Shown here: positions 46,885 to 59,643 of the stretch, piece after piece
Layout: each line of letters begins with the position of its first letter
Numbering within the stretch: position 1 is the stretch's first letter
Origin: Amoebophrya sp. A120
Lineage: Eukaryota; Protista; Dinoflagellata
Length of the DNA: 64,000 nucleotides
Direction of reading: 5' to 3'
NCBI GenBank assembly: GCA_905178155.1
Contig: CAJINV010000006.1
Coordinates: 852,872 to 916,871 of the forward strand
Translations under genes and position numbers: made by a program
The notes under the pieces: model-generated
What the model saw: only the letters and a program-made list of their open reading frames with translations
What the model was told of the DNA's origin: nothing
Databases searched by the model: none

Positions 46885-49800
46885 ATGATGAAAATGAGGC
46901 GTTTCTCGTATTGCTCCAGCACGCTGAAGTTTTTCTCGCTCCTCCAAGCGGGCACCGAGAACTCGTACGCGGTGAAGGTGCTGACGGGGAAAACAAAAAC
47001 AAAAAAAGCAGACACGCTCAACCAGTGCAAGTGCGTGAACCAAAACGGCGCCACCAAGACCGAGCTCGGGTTGGCGAACCAGCAGTGGCTGACGCCGCAA
47101 CAGGACGACACCGAATACGTACCAAATGCAAATGTGTCTGGGTCGAGAAATATAACAGTGCACAACTCCCCCTCCCCCTCAAAATATTACTATTTCGTAA
47201 TATATCAATTTTTTTTTGGTCACCAAATAATGCGTTTTTATGTCGCCAAATGATGCGCCTTCGTGTCATCAAATCGCGCCCATTTCGACTCCAAGCTCGC
47301 AGCGATTATGTTGCATTTTGTGGCAGCAAACGCGTCGCAAAAGCGCGCGCTTCCGGAGCGTCTTCGTGCCTTTGATCGGTCGAGTCGAGGCCTGTGATCT
47401 CCGCACATCTGGCGCAGAAATCGGGGCCAGATGACTGCGTCACGAATGAACAAGGAAACGGCAGCAACCAAAAGAGAAGGGCGGGCGTTCTTCTGCGTGT
47501 AACTTGATAAGTTGCCAAACTTCTGGCAAATGCTCGCCAAATCATGAGGTTTTGCGTCGTCAAATCAACGACTTTTTAGCGACCTCGCAAATGAGCGAGA
47601 AAAATATTACATTTTGAAGGCTAATCGCGATGCTATGGGCTCACTCCCCCTCATGAGGGAAAATGGACACCTTTGGTGAGGGGGAGTGGGCCCATAGCAT
47701 CGCGATTAGCGAAACTTGCAGCGCTTCGGGCCCGGAAAATCGTCCCCATAGCATGCAGTCTAGCTCCTAGAAAAAAATTAAAAAAGTGCTCACCTTTTCA
47801 ATCAAATCATCCACTTTTTGTGCTCCAAATCAGCGAATTTTTGAGCTCGAAGTGTGCGGGCCGCAAAAAAGCGCCAAAAAATATTACATTTTGATGGCTA
47901 ATCACGATGCTATGGGCTCACTCCCCCTCATGAGGGGGAGTGGGCAGCTTTGGTGAGGGGGAGTGAGCCTATGGCGTCGTGCTTAGCTTTCACAACATGA
48001 CAAGAGACTGCAAACCTTTGCGACGCTTTTGGTCGCACAAAAAGCAGCACAAACGTTGCGCATTTGGAATCGAAATGTGCGCAAATTGATGACATAAAGA
48101 CGCATTATTTGGTGACATAAAAACGCACTATTTGGTAACCAAATAAATATTGCAAAACTATTACTTTGAGGGGGAGGGGGAGTTGTGCACTGCTATAAGA
48201 AACTTGTATTGCTGACACTTGCACTTTTACAGACTAGCAGCTGTATGTAGTGCATAACTACAGCATCAGAAGCATGGCAAGGGTTCTTGTTGCTGATTCA
48301 TTCGTCAAATAACGCATGACAAACTGCCGTTCAGCACGAAGAAAAAAACTTTCCAATCGTATATAAATTCATGCATTACAGATCCAGACCCAAACATGTT
48401 TGCAATTCATAATGCGGGAAGGTGTACAAAAGGAAGTACGGCGGCGTGGCCGACTACGGTGAGTTATGCAGTGCAAAGATGTTTGGGTCTGGAATGTTAA
48501 TGTCATACTAAAATAAAACATGAAATAAAAACAATCCAACTGCGACTGAATTCTATGCTGCCACGCATGAGAAGTTTTGAAATAGTCGGGGAAAAATCAT
48601 TATGCCTAAACCCGCATGGGAAGCCGAAATCGCGTTTGTGCATGACAGCGAGGCGGTTCTCCTGATTTAGTTGCGCAATATGCATGACAGAGTTCAGCAG
48701 TATGCGAGACCAGCATCACAATCTACTTCGAGAGGACCCAAACATTTATTTGCATTGGATATGAGTTCTGCGCGGCGTGGGAGGACACGGAAACTGAAGT
48801 GAAAGGGGCGACTATCCAAGAAAAAACGTTGTTAGTGTAAATTTGTGATGCGCAACATGCAAGCGGATGGCGTCTGTCATGCTTGGCATGTATTGTAGGG
48901 TCCATTAAAGTGCGTTTTCACGTACTATCTGCGCATGACAGGTCTTTGCTGTCATGCCAGACAGATTTGTAATGCTGTCCTTCAAAAAACGTATACACCT
49001 GCAATGTTTTTTTCCTGTGATAGCGACAACCGCGAAGGGGGCCTTCGGCGTGTACTCACCGTGTATGGTCGCCAATGCAACGGTATGCACTGCAGATCTG
49101 TCTGGGTCTGGAGAATAAATCCCAGGTTTGGCATGCTCTGCTAGCATGACTGTCAAGTCTGTCATGCAAGGTACCCAAACGTCGCGCCACATTTTTCTGC
49201 CATGCAAAAACCCCGCTTCTCATCCAGAATTATAGACAACACCTTGAAGATGAACTCAAAAACCTGTCATGCGGGATCGTCATTCTTGGCGTTCTCTTGA
49301 TTCGCCAACCACCATCACAAGTTCTTTCCAGAGCCAGATCGGGGACACTTGCAATGCATAAACGGCAATGGACGACCGGCCCAAGTGGTGCTCAAAACCA
49401 TGGTGCTATGTGAAAATCGACGACGATACGGTAATATGCATTGCAAATATAATCGATCTGGGCATGGAAGAATGGATGCGAGCTTTGTCAGGCTAGTCTG
49501 GCATGACACTGAGCATGAGCTGTGTATTGCGTGGTCAGCAAGAGCTCCTCTCGTCTCTCATGCAAAAACTACGGTCTTTGTCATGCGGAATACGCAACAC
49601 GGAGGGGAGCCACGGAAAAATCTGTCATCATGCTGGGCTGATGTGCATTACAGTGTGCTTTCTATTCACTCCCATGCATCACAAGCTTGCAGACCCACAC
49701 ACATTTGCAATGCATAGACATCGCCGGCCGTCCAAACGGCGAACGGAAAAGTCGCGGTGTATGGGACTCTCAAACGACGTTGCATTTATCGCTGTTGCAT

Positions 49801-50775
49801 GATTTGTGATGCAGAACTGCTGCCACCATTGATTCACTTTCACATGATCAATAACTAGTTCGGATGTTGACAGATTTTCAAAGAGCTAAAATAGTATGGA
49901 AATTCGTACCAAATCTGTAATGCAAGACGTGCAACAGTCATCAAGTTCCCCTCTATCTTTTGCTAATCATGCGTCGCAGAACGAGAATGATCATGCAGTG
50001 ATAGCTATCCTGAGTAAAAACGTCCCCACACCATAGTTGTCATGCCAATCTACATGCCAAAAAAATATATCATGCGGAGCCCCATAAGAAGCATTTTCTA
50101 GTCGTGTTTTGGAATTTGTGATGCTATAATCAGCATGATGTGGTAGATCTGTGATGCTGCTGAACTACCTAAATAGGATCACAATACGAAGCCAACTTTG
50201 TCATGCGAAACAACCAAAGCTGGCTGATTTGTCTAGCACATTCCCCATGTAGTTCACTCTGGTGTGGGGACGTTTTTACATAGGATAATAGCGATCAATG
50301 TAACGTTTGAGACTGCCATACGGTGAATTCGCTCGACTCCATATTGTGAGGAAAAATCCCCCCTCCCCATACCAAACCGGGACACTTCTGAAAATTTGTG
50401 ATGCAGATTTGAGACCACAAATCGTCGCTGTATTGCATGAAGGCAAGTCTACAGGCTCCGCCACATTCTACAGGCGGTTTGTCATGCTGTTGCTCCTACT
50501 GCGTAGACTTTTGCCATGCTAAGCGCCTAGGCCAAAACTTGTCTACTCAGGCCTGATATGGGCCTGCAGTCCTCGCCAGCAAGACAAATCTGATTTGTGA
50601 CCTCAAATACAGCATCACAAGTTTCGTTTTCGATATGGGGAGAGGGGATTTTTCCTTTCGATACTCCAACGCGGGGGGAGCGCCCGACGGGCCGGGCTGC
50701 ACTGGGCTGAGCGATGTGACGAAATCGAAGATGCAAGATCAGTACATCTGGTACTCGTATCAGATTTGCGAGTAG
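46885..50775 (+). CDS. Cys-rich, probably secreted protein with YG.xC.xW..WC..WCYV..WYSY.IC module
   Basis: Spliced: ..CKCVN..WLTPQQDDTEYGKVYKRKYGGVADYGEFCAAWED..RPKWCSKPWCYVK..PDGPGCTGLSDVTKSKMQDQYIWYSYQICE*. Introns 47120-48411 (nested), 48465-48761, 48813-49022, 49084-49360, 49435-49716, 49760-50320 (nested), 50342-50663. Confidence 0.82.
47151..48197. mobile_element. 1,047-bp non-autonomous family-E-type element with ~190-bp imperfect TIRs, nested inside a family-A intron
   Basis: TATAACAGTGCACAACTCCCCCTCCCCCTC..GAGGGGGAGGGGGAGTTGTGCACTGCTATA, AGAAA duplication; two internal ~90-bp palindromes (47620-47710, ~47897-47987); no credible ORF. Confidence 0.9.
50006..50287. mobile_element. Family C element nested within family G element 49760-50320
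   Basis: ATAGC duplication around the inner element; CGGTG duplication around the outer. Confidence 0.9.
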
Positions 50776-51638
50776 GATAGGAGAAGAAAGGAAGATGTTG
50801 CGCAGGACCAAGCAGGTGCTACGGACGATGTATGATTTTTTTGAGATGACAACAATCAAGAATTTCAATTTTTGGCCAAAACAAATTCAAGATTTGGTTT
50901 GGTGGAGCTTTTAGAATATGAAAGGGAATGATGTGAAAAACAAAAAGGACCAGCATTAGCTTTTTACATCTTTACGGATGCGACAAGGTCGTGAAGATGT
51001 AGTTTCTGTACAATCGTTGACTAAGGATAACAGAGATGGACAGCAAGTACCAATCCCCGAGCAGCACCACAAAAAAGAGAACATCACTGAGTGCAACGTG
51101 GGAAAAATTATTGTTCTCCAGAATCTCTACTCCTCAGCCTCACTGCAACAGGCTCGTGGTGTGCACATCAACCACAAGGCGAGGATAACAAAACCAGTCG
51201 GAAGTAGGAGCAGTTCCAGTTGCGAGCGAGTGAAGAGGGTGTTGATGATATTCAGCACTTTTGTGCAACTAAGTACCCAAAGCAGGTGTGGTCACAGTGC
51301 AACACAAATCATATCATTGAGCGCAGATGAAGATGATGAAGTCAGTGTCGGGAAAATTTTTGGAGGGACGACTTCTGTAGTAGAGCGAAGATATTATTGT
51401 TTCTACTCCGAGCGTTCATCTTGTTGTGTGAACGAAGACTGTGATTCTGGAATTAATCGTCATGGTTTTCATCTTAAAACAGAAGTACAAACGCTACAAG
51501 TTGATGCCGTGAAAATGGGTTGTGCAGCAAGAACGTGACGAAGTAGTATCAAGATGTTGTAACAGATCGTCGTGTCTATTCGTCATCCAATCCGTTATTC
51601 GTCGTTGTGCTCTCGTCGTTGGGCCTCGGCGGCGCAAA

Positions 51639-54600
51639 ATGAAGAAGGCCACATCCTTGTCCACCACCCTTCTTGGAGGTTTTCTACTACAACTTCTGCA
51701 CAGCCACTACACAAAGAACATAACAAGCTCCTTATTCATCACAGTGGACGCACTGAAAGTGCTGACGAGCAGTAAAATAAAGACCGAGGGAAAGAAGAAG
51801 CGGGCTATCCTGAGTAAAAACGTACCCACACCAGAGTCAAGATGGGGATTTTGCAACACAAACCTAGGAGTTTTGGGAGTCACGCATGACAAGTTTCAGT
51901 CCGTAAGGTAGTGCAAGTTAGCAAGGAAAGCCGCGTCACAAATCGACCTGCTGATCCTGTTCACAGCATCACAAATTCCAAAACACGATTGGAAATGGCT
52001 CTCATGGGGATGCGCATCACAAATGTCTTTGTCATTGCAAATCTGCATTACAACTCTGGGGTGGGTACGTTTTTACTCAGGATACGGGCAGATACCTGCA
52101 CATGCGTGAACTCGAACACCGCCACCACCACCATTCAACCGTATCGCAAGAAAAAGCTGTTTCACTGTGAACTTGTAATGCATAGAACGGAACGCAAATG
52201 TGTTTCTCTTGCTACACATGCAAGACATTGGATTTTTAGCTGTGTTTTCCCTTAGAGGCACGCATGCCAAGTTATATTTGTCATGCGTAACAAACTTGTG
52301 ATGCAGATCTTGCAAAATCGTCACAGTGAAACAGTTTTTTCGTGGGATAAGCCGTATCGCAAGAAAAAACTGTTTCACTGTATTAAAAACTTGTGACGCT
52401 GCAGGAGAGAATGGTGCAACACACAAGTGTAAAAGTTTGTTCTTGCGCAAATGGAAATGCAAGAGGTGGCGTGATTTTTACCCATGCCATTTTCGCTGAG
52501 AAAGCTGCATAATTTCTGGCATATTTTCTTTGTCATGCTGAACAAACTCTTGATGCAAATAACCTTGACAACCAAAATCGTTTCTGTGAAACACTTTTTG
52601 CGTGGGATAGACCGTGGGTGACCAACAATGAAGCGTTGGCAAGTCCTAGTATCCAAGGAAAAAACATTGTTAGTGTGACTTTGGGATCATCATGCTCGTC
52701 AATCATGATGCAAGAGGGTAGTTCTTGCGTCTGTCATGCTTTTGATGCATTGTAGGGCCGCCCATTGAAGCGCCGTTTCTTCGCGTACTATCTGCGCATG
52801 ACAGACAGATTTGTAATGCTGTTCCCTGATTACAGAAAGTTAGAAGTACACCTACAACCTTTTTCGCGTCGATAGCCCCACTATGCATTGCAAAAATGTC
52901 GGGGTCTGGAAAAGTGGAACTTGTGTGGTATGTCTTGCATTCCTTTGAACATCAAATCTGTATTACACAGCCAGCAAGATGAAAGGGACTCCTTACTTTT
53001 TCGTGTGTGCAGTTTGTCATACGTGCTACGCATCAGACAGCATCAAGTAAGTACTTGTCATGCGTGGTTGCACTTGAGAGCGCCAGTCAGTCTTATCCAA
53101 ACTTTAGCATTACAACTTTCCAGACCCATACATATTTGCATTTGATACGCGGGGACTATCCCGGACCCGATCTGCGCCGCAATGTGGATATCAACTGCAA
53201 ATATCCACCCTGGATGTCTGGAAGAATGCGAGATCTGTCATGTAGTTTTTGCCTGACACAGATGAGATCCGATCTGTACATGCAAGCTTTATTAGTAGCA
53301 TCACAGATATTCATATTGTTGAGCAGGTATCCCAAAAATGCCTAATCCGCATTGCAAATCCCCTCGTCTCGCGGAAACAAAAAACGGGGCCGTTTGCTAG
53401 CCACGCATGACAGATTTTGTCATGATGTAGAATTCCGCATCACAAAGTCACATTCTTTCAGACATCCAGGGATATTTGCATTTGATAGTGGAGTGGCGGT
53501 TGTGGTGACTCAGCCGGTGCCGAGAATATTCAGGGAGTTGGCTCAGGGTTGAGTTGGCTCACATGTGACAAGACCTGTCGAGACACTGCGGACTGTGCAG
53601 AGTACTCTGTAGAGGTCGCGACAAACGGCGCGCCAGCGACTGTGTTTTGCTACTTGTACAAAGCTATGCATTTTTGCAAATATCGCTCTAGGTGGTCTGG
53701 AATAACTTTGTATTTCTGATTATACTACTCGCAGAACTGGTGATGATGTCGCACAGAGAGTATAATCCCTGTGTACGGCTGCACAGTAGCATGAGAAATT
53801 TAGCGACGGGACCTTGTTACAAGTTCATTCATATACTTACAGTAGAATGGACGCATGACAAAGTGGCTGCCAGTAGTACGACAAAAGAATTGGCCAAGAA
53901 TCTTCGCGTTCATGCATGAAAGATTCTGGTGTCCTTCGCAATTCTCGCATCGCAACTCCAGACATCCAGAGATGTGTGCAAAAATGCATAAAGGGTAGCT
54001 GTTATCCCACGAAAAAACTGTTTCACGGTGATGGTTTTGCAAGATCCGCATCACAAGTTTGCTACACATGACACAGAAAATTTGCCATGCGTGCCTTCCA
54101 TGGGAAAGCACGCTTAAAAATTCAATGCCTTGCAGGTGTAGCAAGACAAATGGTTCTGTGTTCCATTCTATGCATCACAAGTCCACAGTGAAACAGTTTT
54201 TTCTTGCGATAGCTGTGCCACCAAAATTCAAGATGACTGGATCACAAAGTACCGCGTTTACAGCCTGGAGAATAACGCTACGGGATTCTCAAATGTTTAC
54301 ATTCTCAACTGTTACATGGATTGGTCATGCAAAACTACCAAAAGCCACCAGCACCAGATGATCAAGCTACATCGCAGGACTAATCTACGAAGGGCCAAAC
54401 AGAATCTAAATCTGTGCCAAGTCTGTGATGCGAAAGCAGCAAGCTTGCCACCCTGACTCTTGCTGTCCTTGCATTTTTACAAATTCATGTAACACGACTG
54501 GAGAAGGTAACCGATTTGAGAACGCCATAAACGCGGCGAACTGCATCGACTCAACTGCCGTCCCGCTAATAAACCCGGATTTGTGCTTATCACGAGAAAA

Positions 54601-57600
54601 AAGGGTTACAGTTGCACACTCTAATGGAAGACAAGCAAGACAGACGACCTCTGTCATGCACGAAATGCTCGCCAGCCTCATTTCATTCGTGTTTTCCCTT
54701 ATAGTCTGCGCATCACAGGTTTTCTCCGTCACTGAAATTCCAACAAATGTGCCCCTGTAACACTTTTTTTCTGTCATAGTGCCTGTCTACCTACCAAGGC
54801 TACTGCAGTGCGCCCTCGGGTCAGGCAATTACGAATACCGACACAGCTATCAAATGCAAAAATCTCTGGATGTCTGGAACAAAGCCACTTGTCATGCTAA
54901 ATCTGAAGGATGTAAAAATCTGTGTTGCATGATTACCAAAAGCTGTCCACTTATTTTGACCTAATCGAGAGGCACAGGCAGTTTCTGACGCAGGATAGGC
55001 ATGAGGATGAGAGAGATCCTCGCGCAGAATCTGTCATGCTAGGTCCTGCATTCCAGACTTCATGGGTCATGGAAATAAAGCTGCATCACAAATCCCGCAT
55101 TCTTCCAGACCCAGACATTTTTGCATTTGATAACAGAGGGGATGCTAATCACCCAGTATGAAGATCGCGCGAGTGGTATCGCAAGAAAAATACACCTTTG
55201 TTGCATTGTAAACTTGTGATGCAGGAGAGAACGAAACTACACAGAAGTTCTGGTCTTGCTACACATGCAAGACTTATTGGATTTCTAGCTGTGTTTATCC
55301 TTAGCGTTAGGAAGCACGCATGCCAAGTTTGATTTGTCATGTGTACTATCGAACTTGTGATGCAAAACATGCGAAGTCCGTACAGTGATGCAACAGTTTT
55401 TTCGTGCGATAGGTGGCCACCGAATCCGGGACTGCCGGTACCTGTGCTCCAAAGAGCCCGACTATGACGGTGCACAACTCCCCCTCCCCCTCATTTGCCA
55501 TGCAAAATACTTAATCCACGCCTTGCCTTTGTTTAAGCACTCTGCGCATGACAAGTTTTGAACGCGGCCGGGATAGAACTCCATTCCACTTACGGATTTG
55601 TCATGCAAATAAAGCTACATTTGTGGCATTGCTTCTGTTGCTGCTCACGCTATACAAATGAGGGGGAGGGGAGTTGTGCAGTTTCATACCGACTGCGCCA
55701 CCTTTTTCGTCAGCCTGCCCTTACTATCCTGTGCAAAAGTAATATCGTACTCGTAATAATTGCACTCATGCATCACAAATTTTTTTCTCAAGGTAAATCC
55801 GCATTGCAAATTTTAATTCTCATGCTGAGGGAATTTGTCATGCATTTACACGAGTGCGATACTTCTATTGCAGTTCATAGTTACCGGGAAAGTGCCATCT
55901 TTTCAAGAGCGGGTGCCTGGTCGATACGACCAAGGTTCAGGAGTGGCAGGTATCCTGTGTAAAAACGTCCCCACACCAGAATCAAGATGGGAAATTATCT
56001 GCAACACAAGTCTCCAAGTTTTGGGGGTTCTGCATAACAAGTTTCCAGCTGAACTGCTGTGCTGGTTAGCAAGGAAAGTCGCATGAGAAAGCCGTTTTCT
56101 CATCCTGTGTACCGCATCACAAATGCAAAAACACGTTTGGAAATGCCTCTCGTCGTGGAGATGCGCATTACAAATGTTCCTGTCATTGCACATTTGCATG
56201 ACAACTCTGGGGTGGGGACGTTTTTACATAGGATAGCAGGGGTGGGATATCAGAGACTGCCCGTTGAAGAGGGCACAGGACGTCGACAGCGCCGTTTCCG
56301 CACTGTATGACAATGCACAATTTCCCCTGACGCTCATTTGTAATGTAAAATCCGAAATCCTATCGTTGCATTGTGGCACGGTTGGCATGACAAATCTACT
56401 CGGAAGCCGAAACATCAGTACTACGTTATAGGTGCATCAACTTGTCATGCGAAGGGTCCATTTCATTTACATTTTCATTTTGAGCTCGTGTCTGTATTGC
56501 TGTTCATGGCATGGTAAGTAGAAAGGAGGGGGAGGGGAAGTTGTGCACTCTGATAACTCGGGGGGAAATCCCACATGGCTCACCGCGCAGCAGGACGACA
56601 CTGAATACGGAAAAGTCTATCAGAGCGTGTACGGTGGCGCTCCTAACTACGGGGAGTACTGTGCGTACTGGGAGATATCAAAGTGAAAAAAGCCCCCACC
56701 CCATATCAAAACGAAACTTCTGATGCTGGATTTGCGTACACAAATCAGATTTGTCTTGCAGTAGCGGACTGCAGGCCGATATCATGCCAGTGCGCAGAGG
56801 TTTTGGCCTAGGCGCTTAGCATGGGGAACGCCTATGCTGTAGGACCAACAGCATTACAAACCGCCAGCATAATGGGGCGGAGCGGATGCCGTTGCTGTCT
56901 TGCAAGACAGACACGATTTGTGACCTCAAATCAGCAACGCAAATTTTCGGAAACATAGCTTTTCAATATGGGGAGGGAGGATTTTTCCTTTTGATAGGAG
57001 AACACGGATAGAAACGTGTTTGGGGGCGGCAAAAAAGGCGTTGCGGGTATGCGAGTGTCAGGATCGAAATCGACAAAATCGAAAAATTTGTAGTGCATAA
57101 AATGTAGGGCACGAATGGCCTGTGTTGGGGAGCAGGCAAATGAGACCGATTGCAAGCCTGTTTAGGGGAGACGATGTGCTGGCAGAGTAGCATGACAGGA
57201 GCAGTCTTCTTTGCCAAAACAGCATGACAGACTAGATTTTGGCGCTCCCGAAATTTGTCATGCGCCACTTGGAAACTGAGGTTCCAACTGGTATCGATTT
57301 TATGCATCACAAATTATTTCGATTTTGTTGATTTCGATCCTGCAGCTTTCATAGTGGGCGCGAACACGGATTGCGCGAACCTGGATACCAGGCCGGACTT
57401 ATGAACTGCAAAAGTATCGTACTCGTATAAATGCATTACAAATTTCCTCAGCATGAGAGATAAAATTTGTAATGCTGATTTACCTTAAGAGCAAGATTTG
57501 TAATGCACGATTGCCATACGAGTACGATACTTTTGCACAGGATAGGACTGGTGCGCGGACAAGTGGTGCTATCAAATGCAAATATCGATCTGGGTCTGGA

Positions 57601-59643
57601 AATAAAACTTGTGTTGCTGATACTTGCATTGCAGACTGGTTTCTTGTTGTACGGCATAACAGCATGACAAGTTATCCTCGGCTTATCGCCGCGGGTTCAT
57701 TCGTGTTTAGCATGACAAGCTGACTTCCAGCACGACAAAAAAAATGGTCAATCGTGTTCACGCATCACAGATCTTGTTGTCCTTGAGGTGTTGCATTTTA
57801 TATTTATACAAATCTAGACCCAGAGCCAGACATATTTGCAATGCATAGGTGCTACGTGAAGACAACCTCGGAAGAGAACACCAAGATCGTCCGGAATCCG
57901 CTGGACTCCAACGCCCCGGGATATCCAGATGGACCGAACTGCGTATCAAATGTAAAAATGTCTGGGTCTGGAAGATTCTGAGACTTGTCACGCATGTTTT
58001 GCATGACCCAGGACGTCTGTAATGCACGCCCTAGCATCATATGTTTTTAGAGGGCTTCCTGATGCCTACTCCGCATGACAAACGCCCTCCCCGCGTAGCA
58101 CAAACTAGACTCCTCTTGCTGGTCATGCAATACAGATTTTTTTCGAATCCAAAGTTAGCATCACCAGTTCCAATCTTCCAGACCCAGACACTTTTGCATT
58201 TGATACTGCGAGGGCTTGAGCGATGTGACGAAGAGCGAGAACCAAGATATCAAAATGAAAAATCCCCCCTCTTCCCTATACCAGAGCGGAGATTTGTGTA
58301 GCATGAATCGCAACCACAAATCACGTTGTCATGCTAGAAGGCAAAAGATGCGGACTGTAGTGCTGGCTGGCGTGGGAATAAAGCCCTGCATCTTCAGCAT
58401 GACAGGAGGCAACTGCAAGTGGCAAACAGCATGACAACTTGCCTGCAAGTAAGGTCGTAACTGCGTCTCCTGCTGGTCTTCTAGCAATACAAGCCGACTT
58501 GTGTAGTACGCACATCCAGCATCACAAATTTCCTTTCCGATATGAGGAGGTAGGGGGATTTTTCTTCACGATACAAGACACCTTCCTCTGGTACTCCTAC
58601 GAGATCTGCAACAGGTATGGAGGTCTCAAATGAAATTACACTCGTCAGCTGTTACATCGTGATTTGTCATGCTAGATGTCCAGCAGGCGATCGACACGAC
58701 CAAGCTACAGCGCGACCCGAAGTTGCTTTTGCGCAACACAGATCGGAGATTTCTTTCCCCGGGCGGTATGGACTTTCATCGCCGCGTCCTGCGGGAGCCG
58801 GGGCAGGAGCGTAGAGATTCCATACGCATACCGTCCTGGGAAAGGAATCCGGCCTCGAAGTTGCTTACGCGCAACACAGATCGGAGATTTCTTTTCCCGG
58901 GCGGTATGGACTTTCTACGCCGCGTCCTGCGGGGGCCGGGGCAGGGGCGTAGAAATTGCCTTGGCTCCTGCAGGAGGCGGCGTAGAAATTCCATACCGCA
59001 ACGAGAGGGAAGCCGCCGACCTGTGATGCACAAAAGCAACTTTAACTTTGAGACCGGACTTCTTTTCCAGGGGCGGTTTCGAATTGTCCGCCCCGCTGCC
59101 GAAGGAACACCCTGCGCCCGGCTGTAGCGCTTCGCGCACTAAGCCACTATGCGCGCGCCTGATGTGAGGCGAGGCCGACTGGCGGACGATGTCCGCACTG
59201 ATGCCGAACACCCTTCCCCCCTACCGCTTTGCGAACTAAGCCACTGCGCGCGAGCCTGATGTGAGGCGAGGGACGGACTCTGTCCGCCGCGATGCCGAGC
59301 AATGTTCTCCCACTCGCGCCACTAGGGGTGCGCACAAGGCCCCAGCGTGGGGACCCTGTCCCCACGCGTGGACCTTGTTTGTCATGCTAGATGTCCAGCA
59401 GGCGATCGACACGACCAAGCTATGCTACTGCGCATGACAAATTTTCGAAGGGCCAAACAGCCTGGGAGTGATCTCCTGTGGTAAATTTGTATATGCGAGA
59501 GGTATAAGCGTAAGGGTAAGCCCCCCCCCTGTCGCTTTTCCTTTTGCTATTCTAATTCTTGCAGCACGAATTCATGTAAAAGTAGAGAGTGTACTAACGT
59601 TTGAGAGAACTACTCCCATAACGTGTTTGTGCGCCCGACGTGA
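51639..59643 (+). CDS. Paralog of the 46885 gene with two additional PAN/apple-like modules; 23 introners
   Basis: Spliced: ..ALKVLT..ADTCTCVN..CDKTCRDTADCAEYSV..CYLYK..CRYLCSKEPDCATFFV..KCHLFKSGC..WLTAQQDDTEYGKVYQSVYGGAPNYGEYCAYWE..RPDWCADKWCYVK..PDGPNCEGLSDVTKS..LWYSYEICN. Elements start at 51806, 52142, 52355, 52650, 52882, 53189, 53665, 54003, 54279, 54588, 54848, 55177, 55463, 55725, 55951, 56306, 56676, 57048, 57400, 57570, 57944, 58248, 58616. Confidence 0.82.
58708..59377. repeat. GC-rich 670-bp insertion with internal repeats, flanked by a perfect 45-bp duplication
   Basis: TTTGTCATGCTAGATGTCCAGCAGGCGATCGACACGACCAAGCTA at 58663-58707 and 59378-59422; internal repeats ~58718-58825/58856-58960 and ~59127-59175/59225-59272. 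Confidence 0.85.
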
